The notes under the pieces: generated by a model
The model's input: only the letters and a program-made list of their open reading frames with translations
Database searches by the model: none
What the model was told of the DNA's origin: nothing
In this document: in pieces, positions 26,807 through 39,263 of the stretch
How positions within the stretch are numbered: the first letter of the stretch is position 1
How the letters are laid out: every line of letters starts with the position of its first letter
Translations under genes and position numbers: made by a program
Assembly (NCBI GenBank): GCA_965287045.1
Contig: OZ336882.1
Span: 26,784,001-26,848,000, forward strand
DNA: 64,000 nucleotides
From: Carcharhinus amblyrhynchos
Taxonomy: Eukaryota
Direction: 5' to 3'

Positions 26807-29800
26807 ACTTCCCACGTTGTTTATCTTAGTAACTTTTGAGGGTGGTGATAAGAAAGGAAGAGACCATAATGTATAGGAGCAGAAGTAGGCCACTTGGCCC
26901 ATCGAGGGTGCCCCACCATTCAATGAGATCATGGTTGATCTGACGTGATAATCCTCAACTCAACTTTGGACGGGTTTATTCACTGACTCCCCCTGTATAT
27001 ACGATACACAATAAAACACTTCAGAAAATACTTGGTCCAATTCAAAGTGCATGTTAATTATTGTATGTAGAGCTTTGGTAGATATCTTGCCAGTCATTGA
27101 TACTCAGGTAGAGGCTAGAATAAACTTTCAGTGCTTTCTGGTTACCTACTCTTGCTCCCCTCCCCAGGTTCCAGTGTTTACATTCATTATTGCTTATTTT
27201 TCTAGAAAAATAGTTTATGTTTGTAATAGTGAGCTAGTTTCTCTGTTAATAAAAGCTTACATTTTATTTAGTCATGTCACTATAAGGCTGACATTAACAA
27301 TACAATGAAATTATTGTGAAAATCCCCACTCTCCGGCGCCTGTTCGGGTACACCGAGGGAGAATTTAGCATGGCCAACATGCCTAACCAGCATGTCATTT
27401 GGACTGTGGAAGGAAACCAAAGCATCTGGTGGAAACGCAGACAGACACAGGCAGAAGATGCAGACTCCGCACAGACAGTGACTTCAGACGAGAATCAAAC
27501 CTTGGTCCCTGACACTGTGTGGTAGCAGTGTTAACCACTGTGCCACCCTAATATAACACTGTTATTCCAGGAAAAATCTATAACAAACAAAGCTGAAAGA
27601 TACTTCTCAAAACTCCTGACGTTTACAAGAAGATAGGGAAGTAATGAATGCTTCAATTAAAGAGGCACTGATCGAACATGGGGTGCTTGTAAAACGAGGC
27701 TGGCTGATTGCAGGCTTTCCTGCTACTCTCACATATTGACTCACACCTGATTTTTATTTTCATGAGATTATTGGATATATATTTTTCTGTACCCTACATA
27801 CCAACCACATCTGGATTCAATGTTAATCTTTGCAATTATTGCTTGTCATGCTGTTTTAACATGGAAGTCATTTGGTTGCTGTGATCTGCAGCCTGCTACA
27901 GGCAACGTTTAATATTGGGATGAGGACTTTTCTGTAATTGCGGTCAGTGCTTGGATCATCCACAGACAGGCCACGGTGGAGAAATGCACATTGATTTACC
28001 ATGCCCAGGAATAAGGATCACAAAATGAGTGCAGTAGAAGTTAGCATATACCATGCTGCCCACAAGCTAGACTTTATTTTCTTGTCAAAATGGCTCTTAA
28101 CCATTTGGTGACCAATACTAATCTCACAGTACCTTTTGTATACAGAATTTGTGACATTCGTAACTTCAAACAACTTATATTTGAAGGATAAATGTATTAT
28201 TCTGAATTGCCCCATAATTGTAAGAAGCACCAGTTAGGGAAAATGAGGTTAATAATTTAACCTGCGAAGTCTACTTCTTCCACAGCAGACCATGTGCAAT
28301 CCACATCATCACTAACATCCCATCCATTTAATTTCCTGAAGGAAGGTTCTAAATAATCCCTTATTCTCACGGGGAAAATTAGTTCAGCACGATGTGAAGG
28401 AGCAATTTTTTTACTCGTTCGTGGGATGTGGGTGTCGCTGGTTGGATTTAATGCCCATCACTGAGGGCATTTAAGAGCCCACCACATTGTTGTGGATCTG
28501 GACTCACATATAGGTCAGACAGACCAAGTAAGGGTAACAGATTTCCTTCCCTAAAGGACAGATGGATTTCAATGATAACAGACTGTGATGCTACTGTGAC
28601 TTTAAGAAGTGTGTTTTTAATCATGTTCTCTGCAGTCTGTAAGCAAGCCTGTTTTTCTCTCTGTTGGCACTGTGAGGTCTGTAGTGGCATCTTTTATTGT
28701 TGCTAGGATAATATAGTAGGCATTTTGTTTATTTTTAATCTGGGCTTAATGCACTCTGCTGGAGTTTTTGATCTTTTGGCATTGTTGGGGGGGTGGGGGG
28801 TGGGGGTGGGGGCACAGAATGATTGACCAGTCAAGTGATTTTCTACCTTTTGCTAGCTCTATTTCTATCTCAAGCTGTGCTGGGAGCTTCTTGTCTTAGG
28901 GCACACAGTCGGAAAATCCCGCCCACGGTCTCAGAAACAGCAAAAACAAAAATGGTAGGATTTAATGCCTTTGCTGATAGCGAGCTTGGGGGCAGTGAGG
29001 TGCATTTAATTGAGAGGGGGTGTGTGGGGGGAAGGGTGCCAGGTGGAGACCCCTGCTACTTTTCCACCTTATGATTAAGACTGGGTGGGAAAGCCTTTGG
29101 ACAGCATTCCCAACTGCAAGTTAATTAATTTTTAATTTGATTTGATTTATTATTGTCACATATGTCAGTATACAGTGAAAAATATTGTTTCTTGCATGCT
29201 ATCAGACAAGGCATTCCGTTCATAGAGAAGGGAAGGAGACAGTACAGAATGTAGTGATACAGTCATAGCTAGGCTGTGGAGAAAGATCAACTTACTGTGA
29301 GGTAGGCCCATTCAAAAATCTGATGGTAGCAGGGAAGAAGCAGTTCTTGAGTCAGTTAGTATGTAACCTCAGACTTGATGCCTCTAAGTGGGCAATTAAT
29401 GCCTGCTTAATAGCCTCGATGCACCGTGCTGGTATTTAACCAGAAGGGGACTGAAAAGCAAGCTCTTGTCAGGTTTGCTTGTAGACTTCCAGGGTGTGGG
29501 GATGGGGATCCTTTGTTCAAAAGTGGTCAGTGCCTGATCATGAGACCTGGCATCTTGAAAGTAGTCTGTCATCAATCATGGACCTCTGCTGGGTGCATTA
29601 CCAGCAGCTGCCACTGCTCCCAGTGGCACAAATGGGCAGTGGGGAGCTGCTGGCTTTTGATTGTCTGGCAGCTCTTAGAAGGTGGGGTTCTGCCCCTGAG
29701 GAGGGCTTGGTGTTGGCCCCTGGGATCCTGAACTCAGGGGAAGGCTTAGCGTTGGCCAGTTAATTGCTTGATGGACACTTAATTTTGTCAGGCGTTCCCC

Positions 29801-29934
29801 AGTGCATTAACTCGGGGCTCCTGCTGGTTGTCCAGCCGGCAGGTGAGAAACTGTTTGCCAACATTACACTCTACCCAATGTTTTCCAACAATTTACTGAT
29901 GTTGGTTTTGGACTATATTTGTCCAAAAAGGAAA

Positions 29935-30030
29935 GATTTTCACTCATATTGCACCTTTTACGATCTCAAGGCATCCCAAAGTGCTTTAAAATCAATTAAG
30001 TACTTTTGAAGTGTAGTCACTGTTGTTACA
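29935..30030 (-). mobile_element. Ancient L2-tailed SINE fragment (SacSINE1/DeuSINE-like)
   Basis: Reverse complement has aaagtacttaattg...aaagcactttgggatgccttgag...aaaggtgcaata, an L2-type tail; related pieces at about 22870-22960 and 34115-34250/34733-34755. Family name is recalled, not searched. Confidence 0.5.
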
Positions 30031-30789
30031 TTGTGATATGAGGTGAGAGTGGTGTAGTGGTAATTTCACTGGGCAAGTGATCCAAAAGCCAGGCCTAATG
30101 TTTTTAGAACACAGGTTCAAATCCCACCACTGCAACTGGTGGCAATTAAATTCAATTAATAAAATCTGGAACTCAATGTTAGTCTTAGCAATAGTGACCA
30201 TAAAATTATTATCAATCGTCATAACCAATGACCATTAGGAAAGGAAATCTGCCATCCAATCTAGCCTACATGTGACTCCAGATTCACAGTAGTGTGGTTG
30301 ACTCTTAAATACCCTCTGAAATTGTAAGTTACTCAGTTCAAGGGGCAATTAGGGATGGGTAACAAATGCTTGCCTTGCCAGTGACGCCCACATTCTGTGA
30401 AAGAGAAAAGTTTTAAACAAATTTAGACAGGAAGAGTGAACCTGATGAGGAACAGTGATGGAGACCTACAGATGAAAGGAATGTGGAGCGGTATGCAGGA
30501 GCAGAGTGAATGTGTTTGGGGAAAAAACGAGGAAGAAAATCTAAGTATGATCTCAGAGGAAAGCAGAGTAGTGCACATTTGAATATTTCTCTTTGTCTCT
30601 CCCTAAACTAGGAAATTCATTTAAATTCAGAGTTTGGAAATTAAAGTTTTCAATCGGGTTAAGTATACCGTTGATTGAATTAATAGAAGTATTAGAGCTA
30701 CAGAGCAGGTCCAGAGGCATTAATTAAAATTAATATTTTAGACAAGATACCAACTGGATTTTAAAAGAGGATGGGCTAAATTATAATCG

Positions 30790-31530
30790 GGCAGCGGAGT
30801 TGCTTGCAGTTCGTGTCACGTCCAGGAGCTTCAGGATATTTCATGTATTGTGGGTGAAGCTCTGTTTGCGGGAAATGTCTCCAGCAGCTTGTGTTTAAGT
30901 TCCAGATTTGTGAGCTGGAGTCACTGGGACGGGGTGGATGACAGCTCCTGGAAGCGTCATCACATAGGCAGTGAGAGCTCAGGATAATGTAGGTAGCCAT
31001 TTGGAAGAACGGCAAGTTCTCCCTGTGTCTGCAGGTGTTCCAGTTTCCTCCCACAGTCCAAAGATGCGCAGGTTAGGTAGATTGCCCCTTAGTGTCAAGG
31101 GACGAGCAGGATAAATATGTTAGGTTACATTGATAGAACACGTGTGGGATTGTTGTCAGTGCAGGCTTGATGGGCGAAATGGCCTCTTTCTGCACTATAG
31201 GGATCCCAAGATGGAGATTATAACCTTTGCTTCACACTATCAAACTGGTACCCAGATCTGAAGACTGCTTGGAGTGATAACACCTTGGAAAAGTGCAGTG
31301 CAGACCATTGCAACAACAGAGAACAGACTGCACACTAGGGAACAGCAAAGAGTGAAATGCAGTCATTATATGAAATACCATTGTTAGGGGACAGGCAGGC
31401 ATTCCTAAAACCATGATGTTATGTCCATCATGTGTCAAGGTAAAAGATATTACCGGGTGTCAAATATTCTGCAGAGGCAACAAAGGGACTGAGCCAGAAG
31501 TTAGTTCTACAATGCACTGAACTATCAAAA
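30790..31530 (+). mobile_element. Degenerate CR1 ORF1 remnant (zinc finger/leucine zipper plus esterase)
   Basis: Frameshifted VACSSC ... VCGKCLQQLVFKFQICELE and downstream IVRG / VKDI / PEV remnants; interrupted by a V-SINE fragment at 31017-31207. Confidence 0.55.
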
Positions 31531-31589
31531 AAAATTCTACAAACTCATCTTCCAGACCACCTCTGCCAAATTGATTGGTCCAGTTTTTT

Positions 31590-33835
31590 TAAATAATTGT
31601 TCATGGGACATGGGTGTCACTGGCCGGCCAGCATTTATTGCCCATCCCTAATTTCTCTTGAGAAGGTGGTGCTGAGCTGCCTTCTTGAATTGCCGTAGTC
31701 TATGTGGTGTAGGTACAACCACAATGCTGGTAGGGAAGGAATTCCAGGATTCTGATCCAGCAACAATGAAGGAACAGCAACATATTCCCAAATCAGGGTG
31801 CTGAGTGGTGTAGAGGGGAACTTCCAGGTGGTGCTGTTTCCAGGCATCTGCTGTTCTTAACCTTCTAGATGGTAGCAGTCATTGATTTGGAAGCTGCAGC
31901 CTTAATGAACTTCTTCAATGAATCTTGTCGCTGGTACACACTGCTGCTACTGGGTGTTGGTGGTGGAGGGAGTGAATGGTTTTGGAAGAGGTACCAATCA
32001 AGGGGGCTGCTTTCTCCTGGACAGTGTCAAGCTTCTTGAATGTTATTTGAGCTGCACTCATCCAGGCATGTGAAGTGTATTCCATCACACTCCTGACTTG
32101 TGCATTGTAAATGGTGGAAAGGCTTTGGGGAATCAGAAGTTTGAGTTATAAGCTGCAGGATTCCTAGCTGCTGACTAGCTCTGTAACCACATGCCAGAAT
32201 CTTATTATCATTCACGCCAGCAGGATTTTCCCATCCCGCTGCAGTGAACAGAGATTTGACTGGCTGTCAAATTCTCCAATCTAGATGCAGCGGGAGTGTG
32301 ACATGGACATCAGGTAAGATTGCACCCATAGTATATATATGACTAGTTCAGCACATTTCCTGGTTGGTAACCCCCAGCATGTTGATACTGGGGGATTCAG
32401 TGATGCCATTAAATGTCAAGGGTGATAGTTAGATTGTCTCCTGTTGGAGATGATCATTGCCTGGCGCTTATATGGTACGAATGTGCCATTCTCAGCCCCA
32501 AGCCTGGATACTGTCCAGCTATATTGAAGTCAGGAGCTGAGTGGATCTGGTGGAACTCAAACTGAGCATCAGTGAGCAAGTTGTTGCTGACTAAGTGCCA
32601 CTTGATAGGATTGTTGACAACACTTTCCATCACTTTGTTGATGATGGAGAATAGGAGTAGTAATTAGCCAGGTTGAATTTGTCCTGTATTTTGTGGACAG
32701 GATATAACTGGGCAACTTGCCAGATTGTTGGGTAGATGTCAGTGTTGTAGTTGTACTGGAACAGCTTGGCTAGGGGCTTAGTTAGTTCAGGAGCACAAAC
32801 CTTCAGTACAATTCCTGGAATGTTGTCAGGGCCCAGAGCCTTTGGAGTATCCAATGCCTTCGGTTGCTTTGTGTAATCTTGTGAAGTGAATCGAATTGGT
32901 TGTAGACTGGCATCTGTGATGCTGTGGACTTCAGGAGGAGGCCAAGATGGATCATCTCCTCTGAACATTTGACTGAAAGTAATGACAAATGCTTCAGCCT
33001 TACCTTTTGCACCGATGTGCTGGGCTTCCACTTTATGAGGAAGAGGATATGTGCGGAGCCTTCTCCACCAGTTAGTTTCTTTAATTGTCCACCACCATTC
33101 ATGGCTGGATGTAACAGGATTGCAAAGCTTTGATCTATTCCATTGGCTTTGGAATCACTTAGCTCTCTCTGTCCCTTGCTACTTCCATTGTTTGGTATAC
33201 AAGTAGTGTTGTAGCTTCACCAGGCTAACATCTCATTTTTAGATATGTCTGGTGCTGCTCCTGCTATGCTGTTCCGCACTATTCATTGAACCAGGGTTCA
33301 TTTCCCAGTTTGATAGTAAAGATAGAGTGGGGGATATGCAAGGCCATGAGATTACAGATTGTGGTTGTCTGCAATTCTGCTGCTGATGGCCAACAGCACC
33401 TCATGGATGCTCAGTTTTCAATTGCTAATTCTGTTTGAGGTCTATTCCGTTTAGCATGGTGATAGTGCCAGACAATGGAGGGTATCCTCAATGGGATTGT
33501 GTCTCCTCAAGGACTATGTGGTGGTCACTCCAAAAAGGCTGTCATGGGCAGATGCATCTGCAATAGGTATATTGGTGAGGATGAGGCCAAGTAGGTTTCT
33601 TCCCCCAGACCCAGTTTAGCAGCCATATCTTTTAAACTTCAGCAAGCTTGGTCAATAGTGGTGCCACTCTTGCTGATGGACTTTGGACAGTGGATATTCT
33701 GTTTCCTTGCCACGCCTAGTGCTTCCTCCAAGTGGTGTTTGACATGGAGGAGTACTGAATCATTAGCTGAGGAGGGTCAGTGCGTGGTAATCAGCAGGAG
33801 GTTTCCTTATCCATGTCTGAGGTTATGGGGTCCAG
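31590..33835 (-). mobile_element. Old CR1-clade LINE (family C), endonuclease to 3' end with internal deletions
   Basis: KALGPDNIPGIVLKVCAPELTKPLAKLFQY...PVHK.QDK.NLANY pre-RT motif; tail gggatgggcaataaatgctggcc. Confidence 0.82.
32194..32327. mobile_element. Short MITE-like insertion inside the family C LINE
   Basis: Inverted ends (aatctta...taagatt) and internal cccgctgca / tgcagcggg; LINE sequence resumes either side. Similar short elements at 38259-38386, 46488-46598, 51849-52030, 59955-60075. Confidence 0.5.
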
Positions 33836-35559
33836 AGTCCCTCCCTGAATGGCATTAGTGAACCAGATAAATTTACAGTAATCAACAAAAGTTTCAAAGT
33901 GACTATTATAAGGTGTTTTTAAGTCCAGATTTATTGAATTGAAATTCCACCCATTGCCTTGGTGGGACTTGAACCCATGTCCTCAGGGCTTTTGCCGAAG
34001 CCTCTGGATTATTAGTCCAGTGACATTATCACTAGGCTACCACCTTTCCCAAATATGAAGATTAAAGTCCCCCACAAGCAGCAACTTCACAATGATTAGA
34101 TAATTTTTATATCATGTCAGTTGAAGAATAAATATTGGTCAGGAATACACAGTTAATTAATTTTTTAAAATTCTGCTGTGGAGTATTTCCGTGTGCTTAA
34201 GATGAAGACTCAGGGTCTTTGTTTAGTGTCGCATTCAAAAGACAGCACATTGGAAGAGCAATGAACCACTTAGCCCCTTAACCTGTTCCACTTTGCGTGG
34301 AGATCAATTAAATCTGTGACCTAACTCCAGATACCTGTCTTTTCCCCCAAAACCCTGCATACCTCCAGTTAAGAAAAACATCTAACAATCTTAGATTTTA
34401 AATTAACAATTCGTTGACGATGGATTGCGAAGAAATGTCCAAGCAAATCCAGATTTTGACTATTGAAATATTTTCAAATCTCACTCCTGAAATGTCCAGG
34501 TCTAATTTTTCAAATATCCTCCTCCTTGTAGTGCCTCCATCTAGTGAAATTATTTCTTTCTATCTAACCCATTTCTTCTTGTTAATATCTTGAAATTTTT
34601 GATTAAATCATCCCATGACCTTCTAAAGTCGAGGAAATACAATCCTATGTTTTGTAATCTCTCCTTGTAATTTAACACGAGCATCCAGGTATCAATCTTG
34701 TAAATTTATACTGCATTCCCTCCAAGGACAAGTTCTGACATTGCAGCACTCCCTCGGATTTCCAGAACAGCATTCATTGTCACATCATGAATTGCGACAC
34801 AAAATAAGTATTCATGATGTAGTGGATAACATATTCGCACGGATCAATGACTGTGTTAGCTAACGAGAAGCAAAGAGTAGGGATAAATGGGTCATTTTGG
34901 GATTGGAAAGGTATAACTAGTGTAACTAGTTAGCTGAGATTAAATACCCAAGTCTATTCCAGAGGAATCAAACTTTAAGCCATAAACTTCTGACACAAAA
35001 GTCAAGCTTGATACATTACCTACTTTTGCCACTTTGCATATTACTGATGTCAGTCTGTATTGCTTTTAAAGCTATTTAGCTGCGGTGCAGTATTGATGCC
35101 TGAAAGCTAGGAATATCAACAAAGGTTGGCTACACTCTGCTATTGTGAGCCCAGAATATAATCCTGGAATTGTCATTGTTCTTTGCACCATTGTTCTTTT
35201 CAGCTGTCAGATCCTCAAAATAGCAAATAATGGGCTCAATGCTATCTCAATGCACCTGCCAGCTAAAGAGTAGGTTTGGGTCAAATGCCCATTCTAGTTT
35301 CCTCTGAAGCTGGACTGGAACAACAATTAAAATCAAGACTAATATGCCAAATATAGCCTCATCCATAATCTCATCATGGGCAGTGGCTGTCTTTCGATTG
35401 GAGGATGATGTTTACTCAGGGCCGTGAATTTGAACCATGGATCTTTATGAACTGAACAGGTCAATTCTTGACCCACACATCTTTGGGCAGGCAGGACAGG
35501 ATATCTTGTGAGATAGGGTGATCCGGTGTGCATGAGTTGTTTCATATGAAAATATTAAT

Positions 35560-36435
35560 TAGAAGCAGGAGTAGGCCATTCTGCCCCTGGAGTCTATTCT
35601 GCCATTTGACAAGATCGTGGCTGATCTGATTGTGGCCTCAACACTATTTTCCTCTCTACCCCCTCGATCCTTTGACTCCCTTGTCAGTCAAAAATCTGTC
35701 TAACTCAGCCTTAAAAATATTCAAATATTCGAACAGGCGCCGGACTGTGGCGATTCGGGGATTTTTGTAGTAACTTCATTGCAGTGTTAATGTAAGCCTA
35801 CTTGTGATCCCAACAAATAAATAAACTTTCAACTTTGTTCCTAACTCCAGTGCTCTCTGGGGAACAGAATTCCATAGATTAACAACTCTCAAAGAGGGAA
35901 ATATTCTCCTAAACTCCATCTTAAATGGGAGATTATGTTCCCTTGTTCTAGTCTCTCTCAGAAGGGGAATCATCATCTCAGTATCCAACCTGTCAAATCT
36001 CATCAATATCCTATATTTTCCAATAAAATTACCCCTGATTGATTCAGGCCCAACCTGTCAAACTTTTCCACATGAAATAACCCTTCATTACAGGAATCAG
36101 TCAAGTGCACCATCACTGTAATGTTTCTAATGCAATGATATCCTTTCTTAAGTAAGGAGAACATCACAGCATCCCAGATGTGCAAAATGTCCTCATTTTT
36201 ATATTCCATTCCCCTTGCAATGACCATAACATTCCATTTGCCTTCCTAATCACTTGCTGTACCTGCAAACTAATATTTTGTGATTAATGGACTGGGACAC
36301 CCAGATCCCTCTGTACTGTAGGGATCAGCAATCCCTACAGTCCCTACTTAATTAATACAACGCTTTTCGATTCTTTTGACCAAAGTGGGCAGGTTCACAT
36401 TTTCTCACATCATGCACAATCTGCCAAATTTTTGC
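35560..36435 (-). mobile_element. CR1 LINE 3' portion (degenerate)
   Basis: IARGMEYK and RVVNLWNSVPQRA remnants; agaagcaggagtaggcc tail. Confidence 0.8.
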
Positions 36436-38201
36436 CCACTCGTTAAATATAGCTCAGGTTTGTCCAACCCAGGGCTTGTGGCTACAAAGCCCATCTTTGT
36501 GGCCCATGAAACAGTTGTTCAAATTGCCAGTAAAACAGGTCAATGAGATTGAGGATTTCTGCAAGGGGTTGCTCCTCCAGTCGTTTCTCTCACTAGTCTG
36601 CCTTTCACTGACTCCTGTCACCACCCTTCCTGCCTCCTGTCACCTTTTCCCTGGCTCTCATACCGCTTTCCCCCAGCTCTCGCCATGCACCAGCACTCAG
36701 GTGCGACAAAGCCTCAAGCCTCACTCCAGTTCTCATTTCCACTCTGATTGCAACAACCTCCCCCATCCCCTGTCCCCCCCCCCCCACCTCTGCGCCCCAC
36801 CGATTTTGTGTGCATGTGTGAGAGAGAAAGAGAGAGAAAGGGGTGAGTTTGTGAAGTGTATGTATGACAAAGTAGTGTGTAAGAGGGAGTGGTGTGTGAG
36901 AGAGAGGACTTTTTATTATTTATTCATTTGTGAGACATGGGCATTACTGGCTGGATAGCATTTATTGCCCATCGCTAATTGCCTGAGGGCAATTGAGAGT
37001 CAACCACATTGCTGTCGGCCAGAACAGGTAAGAGCGGCCTTCCTTCCCTCAAGGACATTAGTGAACCAGATGGGTTTTTAAGACAATTTATAATGTTTCA
37101 TGGCTATCAGTAGATTCTTAATTCCAGATACTTTTTGTTGAATTCAAAGTCCACCATTTGCCATAGAAGGTTTCGAACCTGGTTCCCAGAACATTAGTTG
37201 AGTTTCTGGAATAGTAGTCTAGTGATTATACCACTAGGCCATTGCCTCCCCAATTCTCATTCACCCTACTCTCACACACCAACATGTACTCTCACCAATT
37301 CTCATAGTGGGTGGGGGTGAGTGAGTAAGCACTTTAGTGATCGTTTTTATTTTTTATTCATCCCTTGTTTTGATTTTTTTATTGTTTAGCAAGTCATTTT
37401 TTTCATCAATCAATTTATTTTTGAAAATCATGTTTAATGTTGTGTCAAATATTCTTTTTCTGAAATTTGCTCCTTAAGTGAGAAAAAGATTCAATGTGAC
37501 CCCCCCCCCACCCCGCCCTTTGTCATGCAAAAAGGTTGGACAAGACAGACCTAGCTATGTCTCTTTACAGAGTCTTGATATCCTCCTCACAACTTAAATT
37601 TCTATCTAAACTTGGAGTCAACAGAAAATTTATGTATCTGATTGCTTTATCCAAGTCATCTACATAGATTGTAAATAGTTGAGACTCCGGAGTAATCCTT
37701 GTGGCACTCTATGAATTAGAGTTTACCAATACAAAAATTATCAACATATCCCTAATCTCTGTGTCCTGTTAGTAACCAGTCCTCTGGTTGATGTTAGTAT
37801 GTTACCAGCTACAATATGAGCTCTTATTTTGTGCAGCAACTTTTGATGCGGCACCTAATCAAGTGTCTTTGACTTAATTCTCTTTTAATTGCCTTCATTT
37901 AAGTTTAAAACACTAGTCTTAAACCTACTCTTCTCTTCTCAGAATGTCGAATTTAATCAAATTATAATCACTGCTTCTGAAGGCTCTTTTACAAAGAGGT
38001 CATTAATTAATCCTGCTTCAATGCATACTACCTGGTCTGGAATAGCCTCCTGTCTGGTTGGCTCCAGAACAGGCTACTGTAAGAAATTGTCCTGAAAACG
38101 CCATGAACTTATCTTCCAGGCTATCTCTGCTGATCTGATTTATCTGTTTAGATTACCATACCATTCTTATACGCCCCCATTATTTCTTCATATATTCTCC
38201 T

Positions 38202-39263
38202 TGTAAGGGGAAGAAACCCTAATAGGTTTATAAAGATTTTTAAACCATTAGACATTCTGGCTGGAATTTTATTGGCATGCTCGTCCTGATTCTGGGGGAT
38301 GGGCTAGCCTTGGAGAATGGTATTCCCTTTGGTCTCAGGTGGAATCATGCAAACCTAAGGCGGATTTGCCAGTAAAATTGTGCCCTAAGACACTGATAGA
38401 ACTACCAGCATTGAGTTAAATGACTTTAAAACAGATGAATAAGCTAACAAGAAAGCAATTTACATGCATATGAAATGCAGTAAGAGATTTAAACAAGTGA
38501 TTGTGATTTTAAAACTCAAATGTTGATATTTTGAATTTATTAATGTATTTTTAAGAATCATTGTTCACTTTAGCTAAAGACATATTGCTGCAAAGCATCA
38601 TGGTAAAGGGCATTAGGACAAAGCATATTCTAAGGGAATACTGAAACCTTGGAAATATGTAAGTTTTACCAGCAGAGTTTTTAATAGTATGAACATTCAG
38701 AATGCTTAATCAAACTTCATGAATAGGGTTTATTCGCTGTCCAGATAGGATGGATGCGTGCCCAGACATGGGATCATGTGTTAGTTTGGTTTGGCAGTGA
38801 CCTGGAGGGGAACTTCTGGGAATGTTAACTTTGAACTTGGTGGCCAGGCATCCAGTTGCTAAATGATAAAAGAAGCTGGGCTAGCCAAGAGCAGAGGAAG
38901 CATCCAGATTTTAAGGACTAATGAAATGCCTTTACGCTGGAGGATAAGATGCAATTGGCTGTAATATATGACAGGTATTATTGTTGATTTATAGATGTTG
39001 AAGATGATTGATTTAAAGCTAATGAAAGGCAGGAGCAATTGATAAGAAAATCTATAATTGATCTGCTTTGAATTGTATATGTTAGAAATCATTGGAGAGG
39101 TCGAGCTCTCCATCTCAGGAGCTACTCCAACCCTTTGATGGTTTCTCCTAGTGGTTGTCGGTCAAAATAAAGGTTATGTCTTTAAACTGAGACGCTGGCT
39201 TTGTGATACTTGTAATGTCTGAAATTTCTGATGGTAACCAGCCACTTTGAAAACCCCACAACA
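38202..39263 (+). mobile_element. Possible solo LTR
   Basis: TGTAA start, ACAACA end, AATAAA near 39166; interrupts old CR1-like sequence; no clean TSD seen. Confidence 0.3.

Noticed and set aside
36476-36958. 160-aa ORF
   Set aside because: Runs through low-complexity C-rich and (GA)/(GT) tracts into a SINE; no domain or splice support.
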